A DNA stretch of 64,000 bases from an uncultured delta proteobacterium (GTDB taxonomy: Bacteria > Myxococcota_A > Polyangia > Haliangiales > Haliangiaceae): the NCBI GenBank assembly GCA_963848295.1, contig CAWKDB010000004.1, positions 96,001-160,000 on the forward strand, given 5' to 3'. Positions 35,938-45,603 of the stretch are shown one piece after another. Numbering within the stretch: the first letter of the stretch is position 1; every line of letters begins with the position of its first letter. The position numbers were made by a program, and so were the translations under genes. Below the pieces are notes generated by a model, which searched no databases, was not told the origin of the DNA, and was given only the letters and a program-made list of their open reading frames with translations.

Positions 35938-36921
35938 ATGCCTCGCGCGCTGCAGATCGCCTGGGACCTGGCAAGAGCCGCCGCCGACCGAGATCGGCCG
36001 CTGATCACCCATCTCATCATCACGCGCCGCTGCAACCTGAGCTGCGGCTACTGCTTCGAGTACGACAAGGTCTCGCAGCCGGTACCGCTCGCCGTTCTCC
36101 GGCAGCGGATCGACCATCTGGCGCGTCTGAAGTCGGTGTTCGTCACGCTGACCGGCGGCGAGTCGCTGCTGCATCCGCAGGCGGCCGAGCTCGTCCGCTA
36201 CGTGCGCGAGCGCGGGATGACCCCCTTCCTCAACACGAATGGCTATCTACTCACGAAACGCATCATCGAAGACCTCGACGCCGCAGGCTTGTACGGCATG
36301 CAGCTCAGCATCGACAACGCGAAGCCGAACGACCTCTCGAAGAAGTCGCTCAAGCCGTTGCTGCCGAAGCTCCGGCTGCTCGCGCGCCACGCGAGGTTTC
36401 ACGTGCGGATCAACACCGTGCTCGGCGCCGGGCCGCCGGAGGAGGCGCTCGAGGTCGCGCGCACCGCGGTCGGCTTCGGGTTCGCCGCGAACTGCTCGCT
36501 CGTCCGTCACGAATCCGGCGCGATGATCGATCCGGATCCGCGGACGCGCGCGGTCTACGACGAGATCCGCACGCTCGGCAAGCGACTGCCGGCGCTGCTC
36601 GACGACGACTACACGAAGACGCTGCTCGAGCGCGGCACGATGAATTGGAAGTGTCGCGCCGGCGCTCGGACGTTCCTCGTCGACGAGCATGGCAACGTCC
36701 ACCTGTGTCAGCCGCGGGTCGGCAGCCCGGGCACGGCGCTCGCGAGCTACACGGTCGACGATATTCGCCGGGAGTTCGACGCGCCGAAACCATGCGCGCC
36801 GACGTGTCCGATCGCGTATGCCCACCACGCGAGCAAGCTCGACGAGTGGCGGCCGCAACGCGGCGAGCCGACGGTGGTGCGCACGGGTCGGCGCAGCCCG
36901 GCCCTCGCGGTCGTTGCATGA
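35938..36921 (+). CDS. Radical SAM protein with C-terminal Cys-containing (twitch/SPASM-like) region
   Basis: CNLSCGYC, TGGESLLHP, TNG, SID; CRAG..VDEHGNVHLC...CAPTC. Confidence 0.9.
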   Translation: MPRALQIAWDLARAAADRDRPLITHLIITRRCNLSCGYCFEYDKVSQPVPLAVLRQRIDHLARLKSVFVTLTGGESLLHPQAAELVRYVRERGMTPFLNTNGYLLTKRIIEDLDAAGLYGMQLSIDNAKPNDLSKKSLKPLLPKLRLLARHARFHVRINTVLGAGPPEEALEVARTAVGFGFAANCSLVRHESGAMIDPDPRTRAVYDEIRTLGKRLPALLDDDYTKTLLERGTMNWKCRAGARTFLVDEHGNVHLCQPRVGSPGTALASYTVDDIRREFDAPKPCAPTCPIAYAHHASKLDEWRPQRGEPTVVRTGRRSPALAVVA

Positions 36922-39473
36922 CCAAGGCGCGGCGTTACATCGCCTGGATCGAGCGGCGGACGACCGCGATCCTCGTCGCGAGCTCGTTGCTCGTCGCGAC
37001 CGCCGCTGCGCTCGTCGCGTTTCACCTGCCGCTCTACGCGGCATTCTCGTATCTGCTGCCGAGCGACGCGCCGAGCGTGCGCGCGATGGACGAGCTCGGC
37101 GAGCGGCTGCCAGCGCGCGATCGGATGGTGATGGTGATCGTCGCGCCCGATGCCGATCATCGTCGCGCTGCGGTCGACCGCGCGTTGACCGGGCTAGCGG
37201 CGATCTCGCGGGATCTCGTCGAGCGCGTCGAAGCGGACGATGTCGCGACGCGCGACTTCATCCGCGCGCACCGCGAGCTCTACGTGCCGCTCGCCGATCT
37301 GCGCGCGGCGCGCCAGGCGTTGCTCGACCAGATCGCGGCGGCCCAGCGGCGTGCAAACCCGTTGTTCGTCGATCTCGACGACCCGCCGGTCGCGAGCACG
37401 GCGATCGCCGACTTGCGCGCGAAGCAGCGCGACGCGACCGCGCGCCTCGACAAGTCCGCGTTCGTCAGCGCCGATGGCCGCAGCCAGGCGATCGTCGTGA
37501 ACACCTCGTTCGTGGCGACCGACGTCGACCGCGACCATCGCCTTCAGCGCCAGCTCGATGCGATCGCGGGCGCGATCCGCGCACACGACCCGACGATCCA
37601 GATCGGGTTCGCGGGCGGGGTACCCGTGACGGTCGCCGAACACCACGCGTTGGTCCGCGGCGTGATGCGGTCGACGCTGATCACCGTCGTGCTCGTCGCG
37701 CTCGTGCTGTTCGTTCATCTGCGGTCGAAGCGTCTGCTCGCGTTGCTCGTCGCAAACATCGCGGCAGCGACGCTCGTCGCGTTCGGGATCGCCGCGCTCA
37801 CCGTCGGCCACCTCAACTCGGCGACCGCGTTCCTCGGCGCGATCATCGCGGGCAACGGCGTCAACTACGGCATCCTGCTCGTCGCGCGGTTCGGCGAGCA
37901 GCGCCACGGCCGCGGCGATCCGCGCGATGCACTCGCGATCGCGCTCGCCGGCACGCTCCGGCCGACGCTCGTCGCATCGCTCGCCGCCGCGATCGCCTAC
38001 GGTGCGCTAGGCGCGACGCGCTTCAGAGGCTTCGCCGACTTCGCGCTGATCGGCAGCGTCGGCATGGTCGTGTGCTGGATCGCGTCGTTCGTGCTGCTGC
38101 CGGCGCTCGTGCTGCGGTTCGCGCCGGCGCCGCGGCGCGCGACGTCACCGCTGTTCGGCTCGATCGTCGCCCGCGTGTTCAGCTTTCGCCGCCCGGTCGC
38201 GACCGTGACGATCGCGAGCATGATGCTGGTCGGCGCGGCGGTCGTGGCATGGCGCTACCTCGAGTCCGACCCGTACGAATACGACATGGCCCAGCTGCGC
38301 TCGACCGGTCCCGACGCGGTCGCGGTGCGCGATTGGCTCCACTACTCCGACGTCACGTTCGGCCGCGGGCTCGCCGGGCTCGCGAGCCAGACGTATCTCG
38401 CGGTCGACGACGCGAACGACGTGGCGCCGGTCGTCGCGCGGCTGCACGCGATCGCGAAGCACGAGCCGATCATCGGCGAGATCAGCTCGGTGCTCGACGT
38501 GGTTCCGCCCGATCAGTCCACCAAGCTCGCGGTGCTCGCCGAGGTGCGGGGCTTGATCGATCGAGCCGCGCCCGACGATGATCCAGCAGCGCTGCGATCC
38601 GGCGGCGCGGCCGACCGGGCGCCACGCGACGAGCTGCTCGAGCTCCGTCCGCCCGACCGGCTCGCGCCGGTGACGACCGCCGATCTGCCGCCCGAGCTCC
38701 TCGCGAAGCTCCGCGAGCGCGACGGCCGCGTCGGCTACATCATCGCGGTCAAACCGGGCGCGACGTTCGACGAGTCCGATGGCCGCGACCTGATCGCGTT
38801 CGCCGCGGCGCTGCGCGAGGTCTCGGTGCACGGCCACGAGGTCACCGCCGCCGGCGGTAGCTTGCTGTTCGCCGACGTCCTGCTGCAGATCCAGCGCGAC
38901 GGCCCGCTCGTCACCGCGCTCGCCGCGCTCGGGCTCGTCGTGATGGTGGTGCTCGTCGTCGGTCGCAACCGTCGCGCCGTCGCGGTGTTGGTCGCGGCGG
39001 CGGCGGGCAGCCTCGGCATGGTCGCGGCGTGCGCGCTCGCGGGGTTGAAGATCAACTTCTTGGACTTCGTCGCGCTGCCGATCACGCTCGGGCTCGGCAT
39101 CGACTACGCGATCAACATGGCAGAGCGCGCGGGTGAAGGCACCGCTCGCTCGGCGCTGCGCTCCACCGGCGGCACCGTGCTCGTGTGCTCGCTGACGACG
39201 ATGATCGGCTACGCGTCGCTGTTCGCGAGCGATAACCTCGCGATCCGCGGCTTCGGGCTCGCTTCGTTCATCGGCGAGGTCACGTGCGTGATCGCCGCGC
39301 TCGCGATCGTGCCGGCAGTGATCGCGATCGGCCGTGCTCAATCCGGGCGCAACAACGCGACCGCGACGACGACCGAGCCGTCCGATCTGATCTCCGGCGG
39401 TGTGACTTGCTTGGCCCCGGTCCACGCGGCGTACGCCGCCGAGCTCCCGAGCTCGACGAGCGCGCGCTCGTAA
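36918..39473 (+). CDS. MMPL/RND-family lipid transporter
   Basis: Two periplasmic loop + TM-bundle halves; GNGVNYGI and GLGIDYAI TM4/TM10 motifs; ATGA overlap with radical SAM gene. Confidence 0.9.
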   Translation: MTKARRYIAWIERRTTAILVASSLLVATAAALVAFHLPLYAAFSYLLPSDAPSVRAMDELGERLPARDRMVMVIVAPDADHRRAAVDRALTGLAAISRDLVERVEADDVATRDFIRAHRELYVPLADLRAARQALLDQIAAAQRRANPLFVDLDDPPVASTAIADLRAKQRDATARLDKSAFVSADGRSQAIVVNTSFVATDVDRDHRLQRQLDAIAGAIRAHDPTIQIGFAGGVPVTVAEHHALVRGVMRSTLITVVLVALVLFVHLRSKRLLALLVANIAAATLVAFGIAALTVGHLNSATAFLGAIIAGNGVNYGILLVARFGEQRHGRGDPRDALAIALAGTLRPTLVASLAAAIAYGALGATRFRGFADFALIGSVGMVVCWIASFVLLPALVLRFAPAPRRATSPLFGSIVARVFSFRRPVATVTIASMMLVGAAVVAWRYLESDPYEYDMAQLRSTGPDAVAVRDWLHYSDVTFGRGLAGLASQTYLAVDDANDVAPVVARLHAIAKHEPIIGEISSVLDVVPPDQSTKLAVLAEVRGLIDRAAPDDDPAALRSGGAADRAPRDELLELRPPDRLAPVTTADLPPELLAKLRERDGRVGYIIAVKPGATFDESDGRDLIAFAAALREVSVHGHEVTAAGGSLLFADVLLQIQRDGPLVTALAALGLVVMVVLVVGRNRRAVAVLVAAAAGSLGMVAACALAGLKINFLDFVALPITLGLGIDYAINMAERAGEGTARSALRSTGGTVLVCSLTTMIGYASLFASDNLAIRGFGLASFIGEVTCVIAALAIVPAVIAIGRAQSGRNNATATTTEPSDLISGGVTCLAPVHAAYAAELPSSTSARS

Positions 39474-39880
39474 GCGTCGCGCGACGGGTACGTGATCGTC
39501 GCGATGCACCCGGCCATGTAGCAGCCGCGATCGGTCACCGCGCTCGAGCCCTGCGCGGCTGCATCGAGGATCGCGAGCCCGGTCTGGCTCCACGCCTCGT
39601 GCCCGGTCAGGTCGTCGTGAATGTGCGCGACGAGCTGCTCGCGCTCGCTCCGCGCGCCCGACATGGCGATAGGCGTAGGCGGTCCCTGCGCGTCGGGCGG
39701 TGGCGCTGCTGGCGGCCTCGGCGTCACCGACGGCAGGACGGGCGTCAGCGGCGCGCTCGCGACGGTCTGCGGTCCCGGTCCCGGCGCCTTGTCGACCACG
39801 AGATACAGCCGCACCACGAACGCCACGACCACGGCTCCCGCGACGAGCAGCACCACTTGCAGCGTGACTCGTCCCCTCAC
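39338..39880 (-). CDS. Hypothetical membrane-anchored protein
   Basis: N-terminal TM, Pro-rich linker, CYMAGC; overlaps the 3' end of the MMPL gene. Confidence 0.65.
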   Translation of the reverse strand: MRGRVTLQVVLLVAGAVVVAFVVRLYLVVDKAPGPGPQTVASAPLTPVLPSVTPRPPAAPPPDAQGPPTPIAMSGARSEREQLVAHIHDDLTGHEAWSQTGLAILDAAAQGSSAVTDRGCYMAGCIATITYPSRDAYERALVELGSSAAYAAWTGAKQVTPPEIRSDGSVVVAVALLRPD

Positions 39881-39884
39881 GTCG

Positions 39885-40433
39885 CTAGCGCGCGACCACG
39901 ATGTCGACGTCGTGCGTGAGGTCCTTGCCCCACGAGATCTCCAGCCGCGCGGTCACGCTCCATTCGACCGGTCCAGCTTGTGGCGTCAGGACCGATGCGA
40001 CCGAGCGCACCGCATCCGCGATCGGATGACTGCCTGCCGCGGCCTGCTTGTCGAGCGCGTCCGGTGGTACGACGAGCTCGAAGTCGATCGTGCGGCTGTC
40101 GTACTGTTGCGCGCCGCCGAGCTCTTGATCGAAGTGGAAGATCGTCGTGCGCGATGACACCGGCGTGCGAACGCCGTCGCGGCGTTGAAACTCGACCGTG
40201 CGCTGCTGCGCGCGCAAGGTGACCACCAAGCGCTTGCCCGCGATCGGCTCCGGCAACGCGAGCGCGAGCTTGCCGGCGAGCGTGTCACCGGGCGCGATCT
40301 TCGTGCGCGCGAGCTCGAGGCGGACGTGACCCCGGCCGATCCCGGTGACCTGTTTCGTCGTCTGCTTGAGCGTGCTGCCGAGCTTCGTGAAGAACCCGCC
40401 GGCCTTGTTGATCAAGTCGTCCGCGTTCGCCAT
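39885..40433 (-). CDS. SpoOM/arrestin-N-like protein
   Basis: GIGRGHVRLEL....PGDTLAG; VEWSVTARLEISWGKDL. Confidence 0.65.
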   Translation of the reverse strand: MANADDLINKAGGFFTKLGSTLKQTTKQVTGIGRGHVRLELARTKIAPGDTLAGKLALALPEPIAGKRLVVTLRAQQRTVEFQRRDGVRTPVSSRTTIFHFDQELGGAQQYDSRTIDFELVVPPDALDKQAAAGSHPIADAVRSVASVLTPQAGPVEWSVTARLEISWGKDLTHDVDIVVAR

Positions 40434-40452
40434 CGCCGGGACGATGCCACGG

Positions 40453-41031
40453 CTAGCGCACGGCGTCGACGATCATCAAGACGCCGACGCCGGCGAACAC
40501 GATCGCCGCGACCTTCTGAGTCACCTTCGGGTCGAGTAGCCTGCCTGCGCGGTTGCCGATGAACACCGCGATCGCCGCGACGCACCACAGCGCCGCGGTC
40601 GAGGCGCCCGCGATGACGAGCCACGAGTGGTACTTCGCCTGAAACGCGGCGGTGCCGATCTGGGTGAGATCTCCCCATTCGGCGACAAACACCACCGCGA
40701 GTGTCGTCCACAGCGGCTTCCAGAACCCGCCGCCGGCTGTATCGTCCGCTCGGTCGTCGGCTTCCTCTCGGCGGATCCACATCACGACCGCGCACACGAT
40801 GAACAGCGCGCCCGAGCCGAGCTTGACGTAGAACGCCGGCAGCTCGGCGAGCAGCGACCCCGCCCCGACCGCGATGACGCTCTGGATCGTGAGCGCGAAG
40901 CCGGTGCCGAGAAACACGGCTAGCGGCTTGTGGCGAGTCGCGAGCACGAACGCGGCCAGCGCGGTCTTGTCGGGAAGCTCGGCGAGAAAGATCACGCCGA
41001 ACACGGTCCCGAACAGCTCGAGCGGTTGCAC
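40453..41031 (-). CDS. TMEM165/GDT1 (UPF0016) cation transporter
   Basis: Two signature motifs AELPDKT and AEWGDLTQ. Confidence 0.92.
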   Translation of the reverse strand: MQPLELFGTVFGVIFLAELPDKTALAAFVLATRHKPLAVFLGTGFALTIQSVIAVGAGSLLAELPAFYVKLGSGALFIVCAVVMWIRREEADDRADDTAGGGFWKPLWTTLAVVFVAEWGDLTQIGTAAFQAKYHSWLVIAGASTAALWCVAAIAVFIGNRAGRLLDPKVTQKVAAIVFAGVGVLMIVDAVR

Positions 41032-41047
41032 GTCTCCGCGAAGCTTA

Positions 41048-41755
41048 CTAGGACGCGACCACGCCGAACAGCCGGCCGATGCCCGCCGTGATTCCCATCG
41101 CGACGAGGCCGCCGATCGTGACGCGAATCGCCGCACGCCATGGCGCCGCGCCGCCGAGGTAGCCACCGAGCGCACCGAGCGAGAACAGTCCGACCAGCGA
41201 TGCCGACGCGATCGCCGGGACCCGCCAGGAATCCGGCGCTAGCTCGAGTGCCGCGAGCGGGAGTAGCGCGAACGTGATGAAGCTCGCCGCCGACACCCAC
41301 GCCGCTTGGAACGGGTTCGACGGGTGGTCGCGCTCGATCCCGAGCTCGTCGCGCAGGTGTGCGCTCAAGCGATCGTGCGCCGACAGCTGTTCGGCGACGG
41401 TCAGCGCGAGCTCTGGCGTCAACCCGCGGCCAACGTAGATCCCCGCGAGCTCCTTGAGCTCGGCATCGGGAGCGGAGGCGAGCTCGCGCTGTTCCGTCGC
41501 GATATCGGCTTCTTCGGAGTCGCGCAGGGAGCTGACCGAGACGTATTCACCCGCGGCCATCGACATCGCGCCGCCGACCATGCCGGCGACCCCGGCGATC
41601 AGCACGCCGCGATGCGACGCCTCGGACGCGGCGACCCCGAGCATCAGGCTCGCGGTCGAGACGATCGCATCGTTCGAGCCGAGCACCGCCGCCCGGAGCC
41701 AGGCGCCGACCTCGCGGCTCGTGTGTCTCTCGCGATGGCGCCGCGGCTTGGTCAC
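41048..41755 (-). CDS. VIT1/CCC1 family Fe/Mn transporter
   Basis: LRAAVLGSNDAIVS, SMAAGEYVSVSS, HLRDELG. Confidence 0.92.
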   Translation of the reverse strand: MTKPRRHRERHTSREVGAWLRAAVLGSNDAIVSTASLMLGVAASEASHRGVLIAGVAGMVGGAMSMAAGEYVSVSSLRDSEEADIATEQRELASAPDAELKELAGIYVGRGLTPELALTVAEQLSAHDRLSAHLRDELGIERDHPSNPFQAAWVSAASFITFALLPLAALELAPDSWRVPAIASASLVGLFSLGALGGYLGGAAPWRAAIRVTIGGLVAMGITAGIGRLFGVVAS

Positions 41756-41845
41756 ACGTCACGCTAACACCGCCAAACCAAGCCCCGCCAGCCGTGTGCG
41801 AGCTATGCTCGGCTCGCGTCTAGTGCCACTACCCAGGAGCATGGA

Positions 41846-42859
41846 ATGAACAAGGTACGCGCCGAATACATCTGGATCGATGGACAGAAGCCCACCGCGA
41901 AGCTGCGCTCGAAGACGAAGATCGTCGACGGGCCGATCAAGACGGTCGACGCGCTTCCCGACTGGGGGTTCGATGGCTCGAGCTCGAGCCAGGCCGAAGG
42001 CCACTTCAGCGACTGCCAGCTCAAGCCGGTCAAGGTCATCGTCGATCCGCTGCACGACGAGCACGACGTGCTCGTCCTGTGCGAAGTGCTGAACGCCGAT
42101 GGCAGCGTGCACGTCAGCAACACCCGGGCGCGGCTGCGCGCGATCGCGGAGAAGTTCGCGGCGCACGAGACGTGGTTCGGCATCGAACAGGAGTACACGC
42201 TGTTCGACGGCAACAAGCCGCTCGGCTGGCCGGACCGCGGCTTCCCGGCGCCGCAAGGCGGCTATTACTGCGGCGTGGGCAGTGACGAGGTGTTCGGGCG
42301 AGACATGGTCGAGGCCCACACCGCGGCGTGCATCAAGTCCGGCCTCGCGATCGTCGGGACCAACGCCGAGGTGATGCCGGCCCAATGGGAGTTCCAGCTC
42401 GGCACGCTCGGCCCGCTGGACATGGGGGATCAACTCTGGCTCGCGCGCTGGTTGCTCTACAGGATCGGCGAGGACTTCGAGGTCAGCGCCACGTTGCATC
42501 CGAAGCCGATCAAGGGCGACTGGAACGGAGCGGGCGCTCACACGAACGTCAGCACGAAGGCGACGCGCGCAGAGGGCGGGCTCAAGGCGATCGAGGCCGC
42601 GTGTGAAAAGCTTCGCAAGCGGCACGACGAGCACATCGCCGTCTACGGTGCCTTCAACGAAGAACGCCTCACCGGCAAGCACGAGACGTGTGGCATCCAT
42701 CAGTTCCGGTACGGCGTCAGTGATCGCGGCGCTTCGATCCGGATCCCGATGGCGACTGCGAACGCGGGCAAGGGCTACTTCGAGGATCGCCGCCCGGCTG
42801 CGAACATGGATCCGTACGCGGTGTGCGCGATCTTGGTCGAGACCATCTGCTCGCCGTAG
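41846..42859 (+). CDS. glnII: Glutamine synthetase type II
   Basis: 337 aa; EYIWIDG, LRSKTK, WGFDGSS, WFGIEQEY, QGGYYCGVG, NAEVMPAQWEFQ, GDWNGAGAH, RLTGKHET, EDRRPAANMDPY. Confidence 0.93.
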   Translation: MNKVRAEYIWIDGQKPTAKLRSKTKIVDGPIKTVDALPDWGFDGSSSSQAEGHFSDCQLKPVKVIVDPLHDEHDVLVLCEVLNADGSVHVSNTRARLRAIAEKFAAHETWFGIEQEYTLFDGNKPLGWPDRGFPAPQGGYYCGVGSDEVFGRDMVEAHTAACIKSGLAIVGTNAEVMPAQWEFQLGTLGPLDMGDQLWLARWLLYRIGEDFEVSATLHPKPIKGDWNGAGAHTNVSTKATRAEGGLKAIEAACEKLRKRHDEHIAVYGAFNEERLTGKHETCGIHQFRYGVSDRGASIRIPMATANAGKGYFEDRRPAANMDPYAVCAILVETICSP

Positions 42860-42901
42860 CGCGTCGCTGTGATTCGTCACATCGTCGATGTGACGCGCGA
42901 G

Positions 42902-43585
42902 CTAGGCGCCGATCGGATCGGGGGCGGTGATGTCGATCGTCGGAAACCGCGTCGAGAAGGGCGCGTACGCCTCGCGCCGATCGGCCTGGAGCTCGTCGAG
43001 CAGCGCCACGACTTGGTCGGCTCGGTTGCCGGTCATCAGCCGCGCGTACAACGCGTCGACGACCTCGGCTTTGAGGTGTTGGATGTCGGAGACCATGATC
43101 GTTCCGCCGGTCTGGACCGTGTCGGGGATGAACTGGAGGAACGGATCGGGCGCCCTCCGCAGGAGGCCGACGAGCCGGGACGGATTCTCGCGACCACCCT
43201 CCATCGCGGGATGAAACGCGGCGTGGACGAGCGGGCGCCTCTGGTCATTGCGAAGCTTCGTCGAGACCTCGTGACCGAATCGCTCGAACGTGCGCGAGAT
43301 CTGCCGCGACGCGAGCGGATAGATGAGGTGGACGACTCGGCTCGGGGTGGAGAGCAGAGCGCGGATCGCCGTGTCGACATCGAGCGCTGGATCGAGGACG
43401 ACGAAGGTCGCGCCGAAGCCGCCCTTGACGTCGTGGAGGTGTGGGCACAGACCGTAGGCGGCGACGACCTCGCCGGCGTAGCGGCGCATCAGCGACACCA
43501 CCTCCGCGGCGAGGTCGGGCGCGCCATCTTCGCGTGCCCACGCACCAGCGATCGCGAATCGATCCGCGGACTGCACCGCCAGCAA
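42902..43585 (-). CDS. Hypothetical protein, DUF1415-like
   Basis: EVVAAYGLCP, AAFHP, RRAPDPFLQ resemble DUF1415 motifs; start uncertain. Confidence 0.55.
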   Translation of the reverse strand: MLAVQSADRFAIAGAWAREDGAPDLAAEVVSLMRRYAGEVVAAYGLCPHLHDVKGGFGATFVVLDPALDVDTAIRALLSTPSRVVHLIYPLASRQISRTFERFGHEVSTKLRNDQRRPLVHAAFHPAMEGGRENPSRLVGLLRRAPDPFLQFIPDTVQTGGTIMVSDIQHLKAEVVDALYARLMTGNRADQVVALLDELQADRREAYAPFSTRFPTIDITAPDPIGA

Positions 43586-43680
43586 ATTACCCTAGGACTA
43601 TCGAGGCTTCGTCCCGGTGTTGTCAAGGATCGGGCCTTGACGAAGCCAAGAGGTCATGGCCAAGCTACTCCAAACTCGTT

Positions 43681-43732
43681 GGCGGTGGAGTCCGCCGCAA
43701 CCGTCGCGCCTCTGGCGACCAATGACTCCTAC
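43681..43732 (+). ncRNA. Fluoride riboswitch (crcB motif)
   Basis: GGCGGTGGAGTCCGCC (P1 GGCGG/CCGCC), AACCG, P2 GTCGC/GCGAC, AATGACTCCTAC able to pseudoknot with GGAGTC; directly upstream of fluC. Confidence 0.92.
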
Positions 43733-43760
43733 GTCTCCGGAGAGGACACGTATGGAGCGA

Positions 43761-44141
43761 ATGCAGAACATCTTGGCCGTCGGAGTCGGGAGCTTCCTCG
43801 GCGGCGTCCTGCGCTACCTGGTCGCGCTGTGGACGCAGGCCAAGGGCTGGACCGCGTTCCCGTGGGCGACGCTGATCGTCAACGTGGTCGGCTGCTTTCT
43901 GATCACGCTCATCTTGACGATCGCGGCGGCGGCGACGATGCGGACCAACCTCCGGCTGTTCCTGACCACCGGGGTCATGGGCGGTCTGACGACGTATTCG
44001 ACGTTCGATTACGAGACAACGAAGTTCTTCCAGGACGGAGCGCCGATGTCTGCGCTCGCGAACATCGGTGCCACGGTCGTCGTGTGTCTCGTCGCCGGCT
44101 TGCTCGGCATCGCAGCGGCGCGGCTCGTAGTCGCTGAATGA
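43761..44141 (+). CDS. crcB: Fluoride efflux channel Fluc/CrcB
   Basis: GGVLRY, FPWATLIVNVVGCF, TTGVMGGLTTYSTF; alternative start 43752. Confidence 0.93.
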   Translation: MQNILAVGVGSFLGGVLRYLVALWTQAKGWTAFPWATLIVNVVGCFLITLILTIAAAATMRTNLRLFLTTGVMGGLTTYSTFDYETTKFFQDGAPMSALANIGATVVVCLVAGLLGIAAARLVVAE

Positions 44142-44151
44142 AAGGAATCCC

Positions 44152-44505
44152 ATGCGCGTACTCGACGGCGAACAGATCCTGGTCCGCATCTTCATCGGAG
44201 AGTCGGATCATTGGCATCACACGCCACTTCATCGTGCGTTGCTCGACCGACTACGCAAGGAAGGCTTCGCCGGCGCGACCGTGATCCATGGCATCGCGGG
44301 GTTTGGCGCGCGCAGCGTGATCCACACGACCCACATCCTCGACTTGTCCACCGACCTGCCGGTCGTGATCGAGGTGGTCGATGATCAAGCCCACGTCGAC
44401 AAGCTCACCGCGATCCTCGACGAGATGCTCGACGGCGGCATGGTGACGATGGAAAAGGTCCGCGTGCTGCGCTACGAGCCCGGCAAGCGGGCCAAAGCGC
44501 CCTGA
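44152..44505 (+). CDS. DUF190 PII-like protein
   Basis: RIFIGESD, AGATVIHGIAGFG, LSTDLPVVIEVVD; usual crcB neighbour. Confidence 0.9.
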   Translation: MRVLDGEQILVRIFIGESDHWHHTPLHRALLDRLRKEGFAGATVIHGIAGFGARSVIHTTHILDLSTDLPVVIEVVDDQAHVDKLTAILDEMLDGGMVTMEKVRVLRYEPGKRAKAP

Positions 44506-44527
44506 GCCCGCTCGCCTGCGGCTCGGA

Positions 44528-45487
44528 TCAGGGGTTCAGGAACTCCATCAGACTCGGAGTGGAGGTCACCGTCGGCAACCGCGGCATCCCGAAGAGATCC
44601 TCGACCGTCGCGAGATACGACGAGTGGGTGAACGCGGTCGCCGACGTCATGCCCGCCGTCTTGATTCGCGGCGAGACGACGATCATCGGCACTTGGTCCG
44701 GGTCGTCGCCGTTGCGGCCTTCCGCCTCGTCCCACGTGATGAACAAGACGCCACCGTTCTTGAACCCGTCGCTCGCGAGGATCGCGGGCACGTTATTCTT
44801 GAGCCACGTGTCGGTCGTCTCGAGCGCGCCGACCGGATCGGTCGAGGGATCGTGGCCATCGTCGGTCAGGTTCGGCGTGATCCACATGTAGCGGTACGTG
44901 TTCGTCGCGAGGTCCGCGGCGAAGTTCGTGTAGTCGACGTTCGTATTGGCGCACAGGTTGTTCGCGCCCATCTGCATGTCGGTGAAGTAGAGGAACGGGT
45001 CGTGGCGCGGGGCGTACGAGCCATCGTCGGTCAGCATGCACGGCGTCGCTTCGGTCTCTTGGTACGACCGCCACTTGAGGCCGGCCGCTTGGAGCTGCGT
45101 GCCGAGGTTCATGGCGGCCGACGGGAACAGGAACGGCGTCTGCGGCTCGACATCGAACAAGCCGAAATACTGATTGTCGCCACTGATCAGATTCAGATAG
45201 TTCGGCGTCGACGGATGGCCGGTGTCCTTGTAGTTCGTCGCGAGCCCGTAGTCCGCGATCAACGAGTTGATGTACGGCGCGTTCGACGACCCGACGATCT
45301 CGGCATAGTCGTGGTTCTCCAGAGGGATCGTGAAGATCGTCGTGAAGCCAGAATTCGCGGGCGAGTCGATGGAAATCGAGTCGCTGCCATTGTGAGAGGC
45401 GTCGGGTTGTTGCGTGTCGTCGCCGTTCGGATTCATCCCGTTCGAGCCGCACGCGGCCAGGCCGATCATGAGCGAGATCTTGCGCAT
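44528..45487 (-). CDS. Lipoprotein phosphoesterase (acid phosphatase/phospholipase C family)
   Basis: LAAC lipobox; LENHDY, APYINSL, HPSTPNY, RHDPF, ITPNLTDDGHD, ITWDE, HSSYLATVED. Confidence 0.9.
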   Translation of the reverse strand: MRKISLMIGLAACGSNGMNPNGDDTQQPDASHNGSDSISIDSPANSGFTTIFTIPLENHDYAEIVGSSNAPYINSLIADYGLATNYKDTGHPSTPNYLNLISGDNQYFGLFDVEPQTPFLFPSAAMNLGTQLQAAGLKWRSYQETEATPCMLTDDGSYAPRHDPFLYFTDMQMGANNLCANTNVDYTNFAADLATNTYRYMWITPNLTDDGHDPSTDPVGALETTDTWLKNNVPAILASDGFKNGGVLFITWDEAEGRNGDDPDQVPMIVVSPRIKTAGMTSATAFTHSSYLATVEDLFGMPRLPTVTSTPSLMEFLNP

Positions 45488-45603
45488 CTATCCCTCCTCG
45501 TCGGGCGCCGTTGTAACGCGGGCGTTAGAAATTCGCGGAAAAAGTTATTCGCGATCACCTAAACGTTACTTCGCGCCGCGGTGCGCCATGCGACGGCGGC
45601 GCC

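Noticed and set aside
41756..41845. Mn-sensing yybP-ykoY riboswitch ahead of VIT1/GDT1
   Set aside because: Spacer is short, VIT1 looks leaderless, and I see no matching structure
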